DNA of 63,793 nucleotides, counting the filler, from Dimorphilus gyrociliatus (lineage: Eukaryota > Animalia > Annelida): NCBI GenBank assembly GCA_904063045.1. It is 4 parts of 4 records of this genome, joined end to end, with 100 filler letters (N's around TTAATTAATTAA, not from the genome) between each part and the next. Parts side by side here need not be neighbours in the genome. Positions count along the whole stretch, not along the records: positions 1 to 10,358 come from CAJFCJ010000274.1; positions 10,459 to 21,042 come from CAJFCJ010000155.1; 2 more parts are not named here. One strand, 5' to 3'. Below, piece by piece: positions 1 through 11,597 of the stretch. Numbering within the stretch: position 1 is the stretch's first letter; the number at the start of each line of letters is the position of its first letter. Both the position numbers and the translations under genes were made by a program. A model generated the notes under the pieces. The model saw nothing but the letters and a program-made list of their open reading frames with translations. It ran no database searches and had not been told where the DNA came from.

Positions 1-275
1 TCTTTTTATTAAACAAGGAAGTAAATTCAGAAAATTCTCTATTGTATAATTTTGTAAAAGTCTTCTGTTCATCTGAGTTTGAATTCTATTGCATTCAATT
101 TATATATCTGTAGAAAATATTAATAGAAGAATAAGAAAACAAGTTTTGTAATATTGAGCACTTATTATCAAGTGAGCAGAAAGGCCACAGAATGATCACC
201 ACCAGACTGATTGTTGACAGGCTTGTGAGTCAACCAACAAAACTATTGAAATTTCAAACTGCTCCGATGTTAATG

Positions 276-326
276 AAATTTTGTACAGAGTTAGTCCCAA
301 TATGAGCGAATCTCTGTACAAAATTT
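276..326. repeat. 15-bp perfect inverted repeat with 21-nt loop, inside a probable non-autonomous element that interrupts the LRR relic
   Basis: AAATTTTGTACAGAG (276-290) and CTCTGTACAAAATTT (312-326); the LRR translation turns unrelated after ...LWEIFDGL. Confidence 0.6.
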
Positions 327-349
327 GACCCAAATCGGCCAAGCCAATC

Positions 350-910
350 GGGAAAGACCGTCAAAAATTTCCCATAATCCATTTTCCATTCTATTATTTT
401 TATGTAAAATAATAGTTTCAATTTTTGGGCAAATTTTAAGAATATTTCCAAGTTTTATTCCATGTTGCTCAGTTAAACAACAATAACTACAATCTATATA
501 TTTCAGGGTATTTGAAAATTGAATGAAACTATTAAAAATATTCAAAATTCCATTTTGAATATTTAAATTACCGTATAAATTAATTAATTCAATTTTTGAA
601 CAATTTTCATCAAATTTCCAATGGTTATACACTGATCTTTGTCAGGGAACAACACCTAAAATCAAAGATTTTAATGTAGTCAATGATTTAGCAAGTCCAT
701 TACAAATTGTTGTTAAACCATTTACCATACTTGTGTTTCCACTTAGGGATAATTAATTCAATTTTTGAACATTTTTAACAACATTTCCAATAATTTCAAA
801 TTGATTTTCAGTTAGATGACAAAAAGCAAAATTGAATTTTTTTCAAACTGTTAGATAATTGAACTAGTCCATTACAATCTTTAATAAACCATTTTCAATT
901 ACTTGAATCT
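350..910 (-). pseudogene. frameshifted RNI-like leucine-rich repeat gene fragment, same family as 41831-44125
   Basis: Pieces CNGLVQLSNSLKK, CSKIELIILSGN, ICNGLAKSLTTLK and NCSKIELINLYGN...CPKIETIIL match the ~57-aa repeat of the TRIM-LRR ORF but need several frame changes. Confidence 0.8.
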
Positions 911-2934
911 TATAACCATATTATGACTTCCCAGCGTGGTTATATGTCATTATCTTAACCACTTTGATAGTGTAGGCCTATTTCATTGGAACAGTCATAT
1001 TCAGCAAATTGACAAAATGTATCTACACAAAAATCAATGGGATTCTCTAAATCCGATTATTATAAGTTATTCAAATTCAAAAAAAATTGTATTCTATAAT
1101 TCTTTAAATGATGAGGCTTGAAAAATGCCTATTGTGATTTTATTAGTGAAAATGTAACTAGAACCAGTCTAAAGCCAGGGAAAGTACTGGTCCAAATAGA
1201 ACCTTTCAAGTTCGTCCCACAGGTAGTCTCAATGAACACAATTCTGGCAAAAATTAATCAATGAACCACCAGTATTTCATGCACAGAGTTTGTATTGAGT
1301 ATAATGAGTTTTAGTTCTAAAGAAGCAAGTTTAAACAACTAGCTAACAGTTAAAACTGAACTGACGAACTGAGGAAATGCATTTCCTTTTATACATTTAC
1401 CAAAGCTTGGGTTCAATTGTTCAAAGGAATGAAAAGTTGAAATGTAACGATCTTACAATGAACATACAACAAAGGTAAGAAAAACAGTTATATCATATAG
1501 GTTATGCATGTGGTACTTGGAAAACAAGCCTTAGTTTTCAGCATCTGTTATTGAATAAGATGTAACAATTTTGACATGAATTTTTTCTTGTTCTTTGTTC
1601 CATTGTTTATACCACTGTGGTAGGTCAAGCCTGTTGTAGAATAGAACTGCTAAATGTATGTGTACAAGTGGTTTTCCTTTTTGGCTCCCATTCTTGAAAA
1701 TTCTAAATGCTTCATAATCATCCAAGTTAACTCCATCCAATATATCTTCAAAAAAACTGCCTGTTTTTCATTTTGGGCATCAACTATATTAATACTATCT
1801 TCTTCCAATTGAAATGTAGTAACAACAGCTTCTGTCATGCTCTCCCCAAACAACTTACATCTATTTCTCTCAAAGTATCAGACAATTACCCTAATCCATT
1901 GAAGACAAGCTTAAATGAATCATCCCAACACTTGTAATTTTCTGACAAATCAATTGCACAAAGTTTTCGGCAATGTCAGCCTTTTTGCTTGAAATTTGGT
2001 ACAGGATCAGATACAGGACGCATGAATCACTGTACAAAGTTTAAGCTGAATCAACACAGCTTTTTAGGAGCTATAGCTGTTTGAAAACAAGTGTACGCCA
2101 CAAGTAGTTGTCACATGTGTGACTGACTGCCTTTGACTATAAATAATTGAATCTCCAAATGGAAAACTTATCAAAATTGCTAATTTAGTCTTTTGGAGTA
2201 GTTTCATCAGAGTACAACAACTTCTGCCATTGTCATACTGCTCTTCAATATGAGAACTAAAGCAATTCAAAACTCATTAACTTCTCTAAACACTGCTAGT
2301 TTTCAAGGTTGTAGTTCAAATGAAGCTTTGTGAAAGACTTTTCTCTTGGAGCACAGATGAGACAAGGATAGATTTGTATCCAAAACACAGGAAGTTTGTT
2401 TGAAAGCATCCATTTCATAAGACATAGGGCAAAATATTCATTTGGTGCTCTAAGCGTACCTTAAAATATCTTAAGGAAGATAAGGGAAAGTAATTTGAAG
2501 ACTGGCTAGGTGGCTAATCCTAACCTTGTTGTTTGTCACAACAGTAATTGTCCTTTTAAATCATTTACCAATTCACTGAAGTCCATGCATAAAATGAACC
2601 TTTCAAATTCAATCACAAATAGTCTTAATAAAATTGCATTTGTAGAATAAACAGAGTTCATTAAACATTCTCCTAAATACCATAATGAGCCAGTCTCTAG
2701 AATACAACAATATATAGTGTTTGACATTGTAAAAGGAAAATATATACCTATCCAAAACACAGGAAAATAGTAAAGTCATGATTTGTAAAAAGGTGAAAGC
2801 AACTAACAGATTTTGTAGGATGATAATTTAATAAATAGAATATCTATTCTTTTGCCATCTCCAGTTGCATAAAATTATAGAGTTCAAGCATTTTAAATAT
2901 AACCAAAGTTATATATTATAAGAAGCGAATTGAC

Positions 2935-3425
2935 AAGGTGGGGAAATGTAATTTGATTGTTGATAAATTATTTGTTTCATTGTCAAGGAATTCTTTTCAC
3001 CAGTCCTATCTTGTCAATGAAAATTTCCATCACATTTCAAGATGATACTAATACATATCATATCAATTTCACACAGAAGGGAATATTCATTACACAATGC
3101 TGCTGTATCAACACTAATACATTCTTCAATTTTGGATGGTTTGTATAAAAGATCTTGAATAATTCAAATTTATTTATTACATCATTTTTTAATAGTCTAT
3201 TAAAAGGTGGCCTACTAGCCAATGTGAAGATTACAAAATACATAGAAAGTTGGAAAAATTTCACATTTCAACCATTGAATTTTGAAACTTTTCAAGCCAA
3301 CATCAATAAAAAGGCAGGTATCATTTCTATCAAATTTTTCTATTCTATTTCACATCTTTGTGTTTAAAAATACTATAAGATGAAAAAGTAAATTTGAAGA
3401 GAAGGATAAATATTTGAAAAAATTA
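2935..3425 (-). pseudogene. internally deleted paralog fragment of the GRL101-like gene (signal peptide + C-type lectin end + first LDLa repeat)
   Basis: Reverse complement aligns to 21400-21473 and then 24637-25030; in-frame TGA inside the LDLa repeat (CDGNFH*QD); splice sites of the short intron are degraded. Confidence 0.8.
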
Positions 3426-4419
3426 GAGAGAGAGAGAGAGAGGGAGAATGTCTTTCTCACCAATCATATTTGAATGTTAGTCAATGTATTTAACCTTGCA
3501 TGCAAAACAATTTGAATGACTATTGCCAAGAGATACATGTAGGTTGTGAAATATATTCAATATGCTTATGGCTCTTTTAAAAAACATAAAAATATGTAGA
3601 ATACTCTTCATCTCTTTCATTCTGATTTTGTTTAAATTATCCTCTTTATTTATCTCATCAAAATTCAAAAAATATGATTCATTGCTCTTTACATAGTCCT
3701 ACTATTATTCTTAGTAATTGTATTATATTTTTAATTGGTTCAGGCAGAAAAATGTCCACAAGAGACAGAAATCTTCTAAGATGAAGATAGGAAACATCAA
3801 TTTCAACCTTATCCTCTATGGGTGAACCACAGAGAGGGAAGGGGGCGCAGACCTCAGCCCAGCCCCAATCCCAAACCTAATTTATTTGTAAAACACTAAA
3901 CTCCATTAATGAACAATAGATGGCATTGTTGTGGACACAATGAACAATTAATTGGCATGAAAATTGTATACTGTTATAGTATTATCTAAAAGTTTAGAAG
4001 TGAGATAAGAGCTATCACAAGTTCAGTCACATAAAAACTGTCAATTACATAGAAGTTTTTTTTATCTTCTTAATCTTTGAACATATTTAAAATTCTAATT
4101 AATGAAATGTTTTATTAAATATTCAAAACTGAGTACTGTATATTAATAAAGGTTTGTTTTTCTCTCTTAATTTATGATAAGCATTTAAGATGATAGAATA
4201 AACTTAACTATTCATAACATTTTAATTTTTCCTTTTATTTTATTAGAAATTCATCAATTTATAAGCTAAAATCGTGAATTACATAATTTTAGATTCAGTA
4301 TATTATGTGTTAATGGAAAAGATTGAGCCTATGCTTGTAACTTGATAAATATTCAGTTGATTTTGACAATTTTTTTTTATTTTAGCTTGTAGTGTAGGCT
4401 GTAGGAAAAAAAATATTTT

Positions 4420-5000
4420 CAATACTCCCTCCCCCATTGTCAATACATTGCTGACATTTCTTTGGAAGAAGACTGATGTGGTGCAAAGTCTGCACTCTTT
4501 CCCCTCAAAAATTGGGTCACAGATTTTTTCAATTCATTCAGCCTATTGTAATCTGTCACCCAAATCAGGACTGTAAGGAGGATGAGGACAGAGTGTCCAA
4601 TTTTGTCTCTGTATAAAAGTCATTCAGTGGAAGCTTATATGGGGTTGTGTATTGTCATGCTAGAGAATGACATTCTTTCCTGGGCAAATTCAGTTTATTG
4701 TTCTCTTTAGGTTTTTGGAGGATCTCTATGTAGTGAGCCGAATTCATAATTTCCTCATAATACACAAAATCAATATGGATTATACTTGACCTGTCCTGAA
4801 AATGCTACACTTTAGTTTCTCTGCAGACTTTGACATTCTTACCTTTGTCTGAGGGGGTAAAGAGGAATGTTTACATGTTCTTTGGGACATGGCCCTATCT
4901 TCCCTTATCAAGCTATTGAATTTTTGTTTTGTTTGAGTCAACACTAACTGTTCTTGGACATCCAAACTTTGGTAAACCTGCTAAATTTTATCTTCCTTTT
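4420..5000 (-). mobile_element. degenerate mariner-family transposase relic
   Basis: Minus-strand pieces KNVIL*HDNTQPH, PHPPYSPDLGD and C-terminal QQCIDNGG match mariner HDNARPH / PHPPYSPDL / KCI..GG motifs; stops and frameshifts; ends not located. Confidence 0.7.
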
Positions 5001-7129
5001 CTGATATTAGCAGCCCACCTCTTTGTGGAGGAATAGCTCATAGCAATATTTTTACTAACCCCTTTAGCATGAATCTTCCCCCACCTGGGTAGGTTTACTA
5101 TACTAAAGAACAAAGAACATGGAAATTTCAGTTGGAGAATAAATGTAAGATGTCTTCAAGAATAAATGAATGGAGGTCAACTTGAAGCTATCTCACCAAT
5201 CTTTATAAAGGATAATTTTTTATGCCATTCCTTGTGTGAAAATTGCTTCACCAAACAAACAGAAATGATGTAATAGCATAGATATTCTTGTTCAGAGTAT
5301 CATATTTCTTCACCAATAATCTTCAAGTTCTCACATTTCCATGACAAAGTTAACTAACTTAATAAAAAAGGTTCATTTGGATGGCAGCCTTTGATGAGAC
5401 CACATATATGCTATTGGTATGTCAATCTTATATTTGTTTTTTTGTATGTAGAATTTTTGAATTGTATATAATCACACCTGAAGAAGGAATATTACTAATG
5501 AATATCTTCAATCTCTGTATAGTGTAGGTATTAGTAGACTCTGGTGAGTCCTTGGTAATAAATAAAGAGGGGCGGACAAAACTGTGGTAGATCTTGTAGG
5601 TAAGAAAAAGAAAAAAAGTGTTTACTTTGAGAATTTTAAAATCAGTAATGGGCGACTTCTGTTGATCTCTGGTATTGGATATTTATAGAGAGTTGGGGTT
5701 TATTTTATTCAAGTCAACAAAATTTTCTAACTAGAGTACTATTTTGCTTAAAAACAAAAGAAAAACAATGTAGACATGTTTTGTTCAACTGGATACAGAA
5801 AATATTTAATAGAAACTATTACCATCAACTTTGGCTCCACTACTTTTAATTCTCAACATTAATTCATTAATTTTTGAAAGATACTCATCTACTTCTTTGG
5901 CTCTGGCTTTGTCATTTTCATAAACCAAAATAACATTCATTGAAGTAGCATTGTGGGCTGTCAACTGCACCATATTTGTACTTTATTCTATTGCAATTGT
6001 AGGAAGTTCTGGTTTGTCACAACTGTAATTGTTCTTTTCAATCATTTACCAATTTGCCAAAGTACTGGTCCAAATAGAACCTTTAAAGTTCCTCCACAAG
6101 TAGTTTAACAAATGTAATTTTGGTAGAAATGAATCAACAAAACACAAGCATTTCGTCCAAAGAATATGTATTGAGTAAAATGAGTTTCTAGTTCTAAACA
6201 AGCTAGTTTAAGCAGCTAGCTGATGGTTAGAAAACTGAACTATCAACTGTTAATTTCATAGGGTTTATATACTCTTTTGAAGGTTGATAGTTCACAAATT
6301 TCAATGTTCACAAAAACAAAAGTAACATTTTAAGACAAGAGAGTTGTAAATATGGTCATGTTTTTATTGTTTTCCTCTTCTAAATAATAATTGAATTTCA
6401 AAGGTTGGAGAGTTGCATAAGATGTAACAATTTTAATAGGACAAGTCCAACAATCAAGAAAACATGTAGATTGTATATTTGACGGTTTTTATATTCTACA
6501 TTAACAATGATATTCAATTGATTGAGTTAGTATTTTTAGCATCTTCATATTCAGAGGAAGTATGTTTGATTGATGCATGTTAAGTAGAACAGTATTGTGT
6601 TCACAATACTGTTGGATAGTGAATATAATCTAAACTTAGAATTTAATCATAATTGATAATTAATTCAACTAGTTTTAGTTGAAAATCCTAAATGTATGGA
6701 TTAATAAATTGTAATATTAATGCTAGGTTGCAAATAGCAATATTCTTTATATAATTTAATAGGTTTTATATAATGTGTATGCACTGCCCTACGTGAAACT
6801 AGGTCACTACTGCTTATCAGTGCTACCTGCATAGTGCAATACTGGTTCAATACTACTTCTCTATTGTAGAGTATAGCTGACAAATATATGTGTTCAATAT
6901 AATTCAAAAGTTGAATATAAAAATGGAAGTGTCTGGGTTAGCCAAGTTTTTTCATATTGGTCTTGATGTCTGCTTAAATATTAGTTTATAGAAATAATTT
7001 GCAATATTTTCAATAGAGAAAACTTGGAACACAAAAAAAAATAACTCCAACCTCTAAAATCAGTAAAAAAACCTAAAGAGAATTGTATTAAGGCAAATAA
7101 TAACACTAAGCTGGGAAGTATTATTAAAA

Positions 7130-7341
7130 GGGGTCAGGTGCAAATGTACCTGTTTTCAAATATAGCCAAAACACTGATAAAATTTTAGGGGAGGGTTAAT
7201 TTGGAAACTTGGGTGGATTTATGGTTAGAGGTGCTTCCAATTTAGGATTAGGTAATGTAAATATAGTTCAGGTATTATGCTCAACTCCTAAAATAATTAG
7301 GTATGCTTCAACCCCCAGAGGGTACATTTGCACCCTGTCCC
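7130..7341. mobile_element. 212-bp MITE with 9-bp target site duplication (Mutator-type)
   Basis: Imperfect ~21-bp TIRs GGGGTCAGGTGCAAATGTACC / GGTACATTTGCACCCTGTCCC, flanked on both sides by TTATTAAAA (7121-7129 and 7342-7350). Confidence 0.85.
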
Positions 7342-7636
7342 TTATTAAAAATATGTCATTTTTGATGGGAATTATTTGGTTGTTTTTATCTTTCTAGTTT
7401 CTTTTTCTGAGAATTCATTTTTATACTTTCTGCTTTATAACCACAGTATAGAAATCATAGCGTTTGGTTAAGGAAGTAAAATTAGTAAAAAAATACTCAA
7501 ATTACGTATCACATAGAAAATTTTTGCTATTTGGTGAATAATAGCTAGGAAATTCTTGCCATTGTGGTTGGCTTATATAAATAGTTGTAATGTGTAACTG
7601 CTGAATTTTCTAAGCTAGAGAGCAAGTAATAGAGAA

Positions 7637-10358
7637 ATGGCTATTTTTGGAAAAGCAGCTGTATTGTTCAGCTCAGTTTTGATATTGTACTTTAAGAAAT
7701 CTCATCAAAATTTGGAATTTTATCCATACGGCAATGGTACTACAGATCAGGTAGTCCCAAGCAATGATGATGACAGTTCTGGGCAGGTCTCCCTTTCGAT
7801 ACCCATAAAGTTCTTTGATGACATTTTCAACACTGTATTTGTCAATACTAATGGCGCCATTTCGTTTACTGTAGAAGTTAGCCAATACACACCGGATGCC
7901 TTTCCTCTTGCAGATGGTCGCCAGCTAATTGCTCCTTTCTGGGCCGATGTGGACACAACAAAGGGAGGAACTGTCTTCTATCGTGAGACGACGGATGTGA
8001 ACATTCTCAATCTGGTCAATAGTGACATCAGACAGGCTTTTATCAAGTTCCAATCATACAAGGCAATCTGGGCTTTTGTGGCCACCTGGCACAAAGTTGC
8101 ATATTTTGGCAGAGCTCTCGAAAAATCTCACATTCACAACACATTCCAGGCAGTGCTCACAACAGATGGACACAGGTCATTTACCATCTTTAATTACGGG
8201 AACATCAGCTGGACAACAGGAACATCCAGTGATGGTGACAAAAATGGCCTTGGTGGCACGCAGGCACAGGCAGGCTTCAATGCAGGGGATGGGCGACGAT
8301 ATTTCAACCTACCCCACTCAAGGACTCACAACATTATCGATGTTGAGTCCACCTCCAATGTTGGAATTCCTGGGAAGTGGATCTTTCGTATTGATCTCTC
8401 GTCAATTCAAGCAGGAGGCTGCAATGAGGCAGGTCAACTGACACTGTCCCCATTTTTTGGACACCCGCTAGGAGGAACTCTAGTGACTCTGTCTGGCCCC
8501 TGCTTTAACAGTTCCTCTCAAATTGTGTGCCGATTTGGTGGACATAAAGTCAATGGAACTGCAGTTGACAATGTAAGGGCCACCTGTATTACTCCATGGC
8601 AGTTGGCCTACAGTGGCCAATCACGCATCTTAGCGGAGGTTAGCTCTGATGGTGGAATTACATACACTCACAAAACATTCTTCACACTGATACAGTTGTC
8701 ATCTGACACAGTTGAACGTATCAGAGCAGATGAATGGAGCAAACTAAATTCACCTATGATCCTCCGCTGGGATGCCAATAAACTGAATTCCTCTTTCATT
8801 CATGTTGAGTGTGTGCTAGGACTGGAGCCCAAAATTGATTCCTCTCAGGACCCTCAAGTTGTATTCCTACAAATAATGCAAAACATCACCAATACTGGAG
8901 AAGTTTGGCTCCCCAATGCTTTGCATATAACAACATGGTTTAGAAGCTGGAGCAATCAGGTTACGGCCATCAGAGTCCTCTGTCAGCAACCCTGTGTCCC
9001 TGTGGTCTGATATCCACACCCTGACTGGCTATTGAAAGCAATGTTCAAGAATCTCCTAGCAAAAACCACAATCCCACATACAACGCCGAGAGGTTGGAGA
9101 TTCAGGACTGTTAAAATCTTTTGTTCGTGGAGCCTTAACAGCTATTGAAAGCATAAATGCTGGATAAAATCAGCTATCAATGCATACATGAACTTAAGGC
9201 ATCACGTGATAGTGCAAGGTGCCGTCAATGGTATGAAAAAATTCACCACCACCAGCGACATTACAAGAGCTCATCTCTTGCCCATGTACCTTTGATTACA
9301 ACATTGAATTTGAAAATGACCGCCGAATTCAATGACGATTTAGCATGTAACCGTGGGAGTGCTGTCGTTATCATGTTGGGGCTCATCACTGTATAAGATC
9401 CATTAGTCCCAGTCAGTCGGGCCACAGACAACAATGCTGCTATGACCAAGCAGGCAACATCCTACCATTTGAAAACGGAGGAGGAACAGTGGATTTGGGT
9501 TCTAATTTATTATCTCACTATTTTAAAGATGTACGCCCCTACAACTTCTGTTGTAAGTCTGGAAATAAGGACTTGTGTTCATTGTACAGTGAACTCAGGC
9601 CCACAGATGACTGCTCTGGATACCAACCTGAGCGTCCCACTAATACATTCGGAGATCCTCATTTCATCACCATAGATGGTTTCAAGTATACATTTAATGG
9701 ACTTGGTGAATTTTACTTGATAACTTATGAGGAAAGTAACAATTTGCTGATGGTTCAAGGTCGCACAAAAGTTTTTAACAGCCCAAACAACATTACTTTA
9801 ACAGCAACGTCTTGGGAGGCTTTCGTGACTGCTGTTGATGTCAGTGACACAGTTGAAGTGAGCATATCGCCTGTGAGAGGAATGGTCCTAGTTATCCATG
9901 GTGAAGATGTGACTGAAACCTTCCAGGATTTGTCGTACCAAGAGTACAATGGTGTGACAATTGAGGCTAACTTTAGCATTCCTCAAATTAAAGTAAAGTA
10001 CCCTGGAGGCCTTCATTCAAATATGAAGCTGTGGGAAATAACCTAATGGTTAGCATCCAAATGCCAAAGCTGTATCAAGGTAAGCTGAAAGGCCTTCTGG
10101 GTAATTTCAATGGTAACAAATCAGATGACCTAATATCATCACTTGGTGATCATGTGGCTCCGACTCTGATTTGAAAACAATACACAACTCTTTTGGTCTA
10201 TCCTGGATGGTGCCTGAAGGCAAAAGCTTATTTTTGCGTGAGAATAACTCAATGCCAGCAAACAATGCTAACTTTGTCCCTTCATTTGACATAGCTCATG
10301 ACAGCGTGAATTCCTCCATTTCAGAGACATTGTGCAATGGAGATAGTGCCTGTATCTT
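7637..10358 (+). CDS. SUSD2: SUSD2/mesh-like extracellular protein (signal peptide, NIDO, IPT/TIG, AMOP, VWD); intronless, frameshifted after ~8990, cut by the contig end
   Basis: NIDO (APFWADVD, NTFQAVLTTDG, AQAGFNAGDG, PGKWIFRID); GGTLVTLSGPCF; LWSDIH; AMOP (CPCT, QQCCYD in shifted frames); VWD (FGDPHFITIDG, GLLGNFNG). Confidence 0.88.
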
Positions 10359-10458
10359 NNNNNNNNNNNNNNNNNNNNNNNNNNNNNNNNNNNNNNNNNN
10401 NNTTAATTAATTAANNNNNNNNNNNNNNNNNNNNNNNNNNNNNNNNNNNNNNNNNNNN
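10359..10458. other. artificial contig spacer
   Basis: 44 N + TTAATTAATTAA (stops in all six frames) + 44 N; identical to the other two spacers. Confidence 0.98.
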
Positions 10459-11092
10459 ACTTAGTTTTTTTGTTTAAATATCGTAAGATTGAGATAGACT
10501 ACAATACTTAGTTTCTTTCATAAATTCATAGCAGCTTTGTGTTGCACAAAACGCCGAACCAAACAGCAGTGTATTGATAAAAGTATAGCGACCTTTCCAT
10601 TGTTTTGCAGTATCATTAGATTTTAGTACAGATTTACATTGATCATATTCTCCAAACCATTGATTTCTTCCTAATCTATTGCCAGAAGATACAACACCAT
10701 GCGAATCTTCCACTGTTTATTGAAAATTTATTAAGCATTGTTAGGCTTCCGTTGTATTAAAATACTAATATTATACTTTCTAAAGCCCATTCTTCAAGAT
10801 TATCAGCAGCAGTTTTAACATAATTTCTCTCCTCTTCACATTTTTTAGCTAATTTTCTTAGCTCGTCGTCTTTCGAGCAATCAAGAAAATTCTGTACTAT
10901 TAATTCTAATAGAGTGGACGTTGTTATTCCATCGATTACGAAACGATCACCTTCTTGTCTATTTATCATTCGTGAACGATATTGTTTCGTTGCAGATTCA
11001 TAATAACGAACATTGTAGTTTGATTGAGCACATTTAATTGAGAAACTAAAGAGTATGTATATAATTACAAAGATATAAAATTTTAACTCCAT
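10459..11092 (-). CDS. nrf-6: NRF-6-like protein, 5' exons only (cut by contig end)
   Basis: Signal peptide, then EDSHGVVSSGNRLGRNQWFGEYDQC and FCATQSC, paralogous to the two complete copies. Confidence 0.8.
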
Positions 11093-11597
11093 TTCAAAGA
11101 TTTAACACATTCGTCGAGGTAATCAGATAATGCTAAACAACAAACAAAGTCGCTATTGAATTGAAGAGTAAAAATTAACTTTATATTCTGTATTTTTTAA
11201 TATAAAAACTTTTAAAGTGTTTAATATGATTTGATAAGAAAGTTAATGAAACGTGAATAAGTAATCTTACATTTATCTTATCTACTAGTGTTTCCTTAAA
11301 ATGGAACATTACCCCAGCTAGTCTTTTTCTAGACTTTAATAGTTAAAATTTCTATATCACGTTATAGTTCATCTATTATTAACGCTCTTCTTCGAAAGGT
11401 TTATTATAAAATAAAAGAAAGAGAATGAGATTCAAACGAGTAGACAATCATTTAAAGTGCTTTGATAAATTGCATTAATGATTAAGAGATTAAATGATTC
11501 ATTAGTAATAAAGTTTTTATAATATTGATTATACTATTTTATGATAAGATAGTCTAAAATTGTATTTTTTAAATAAACAAAGTTAAATATAGTTCAG

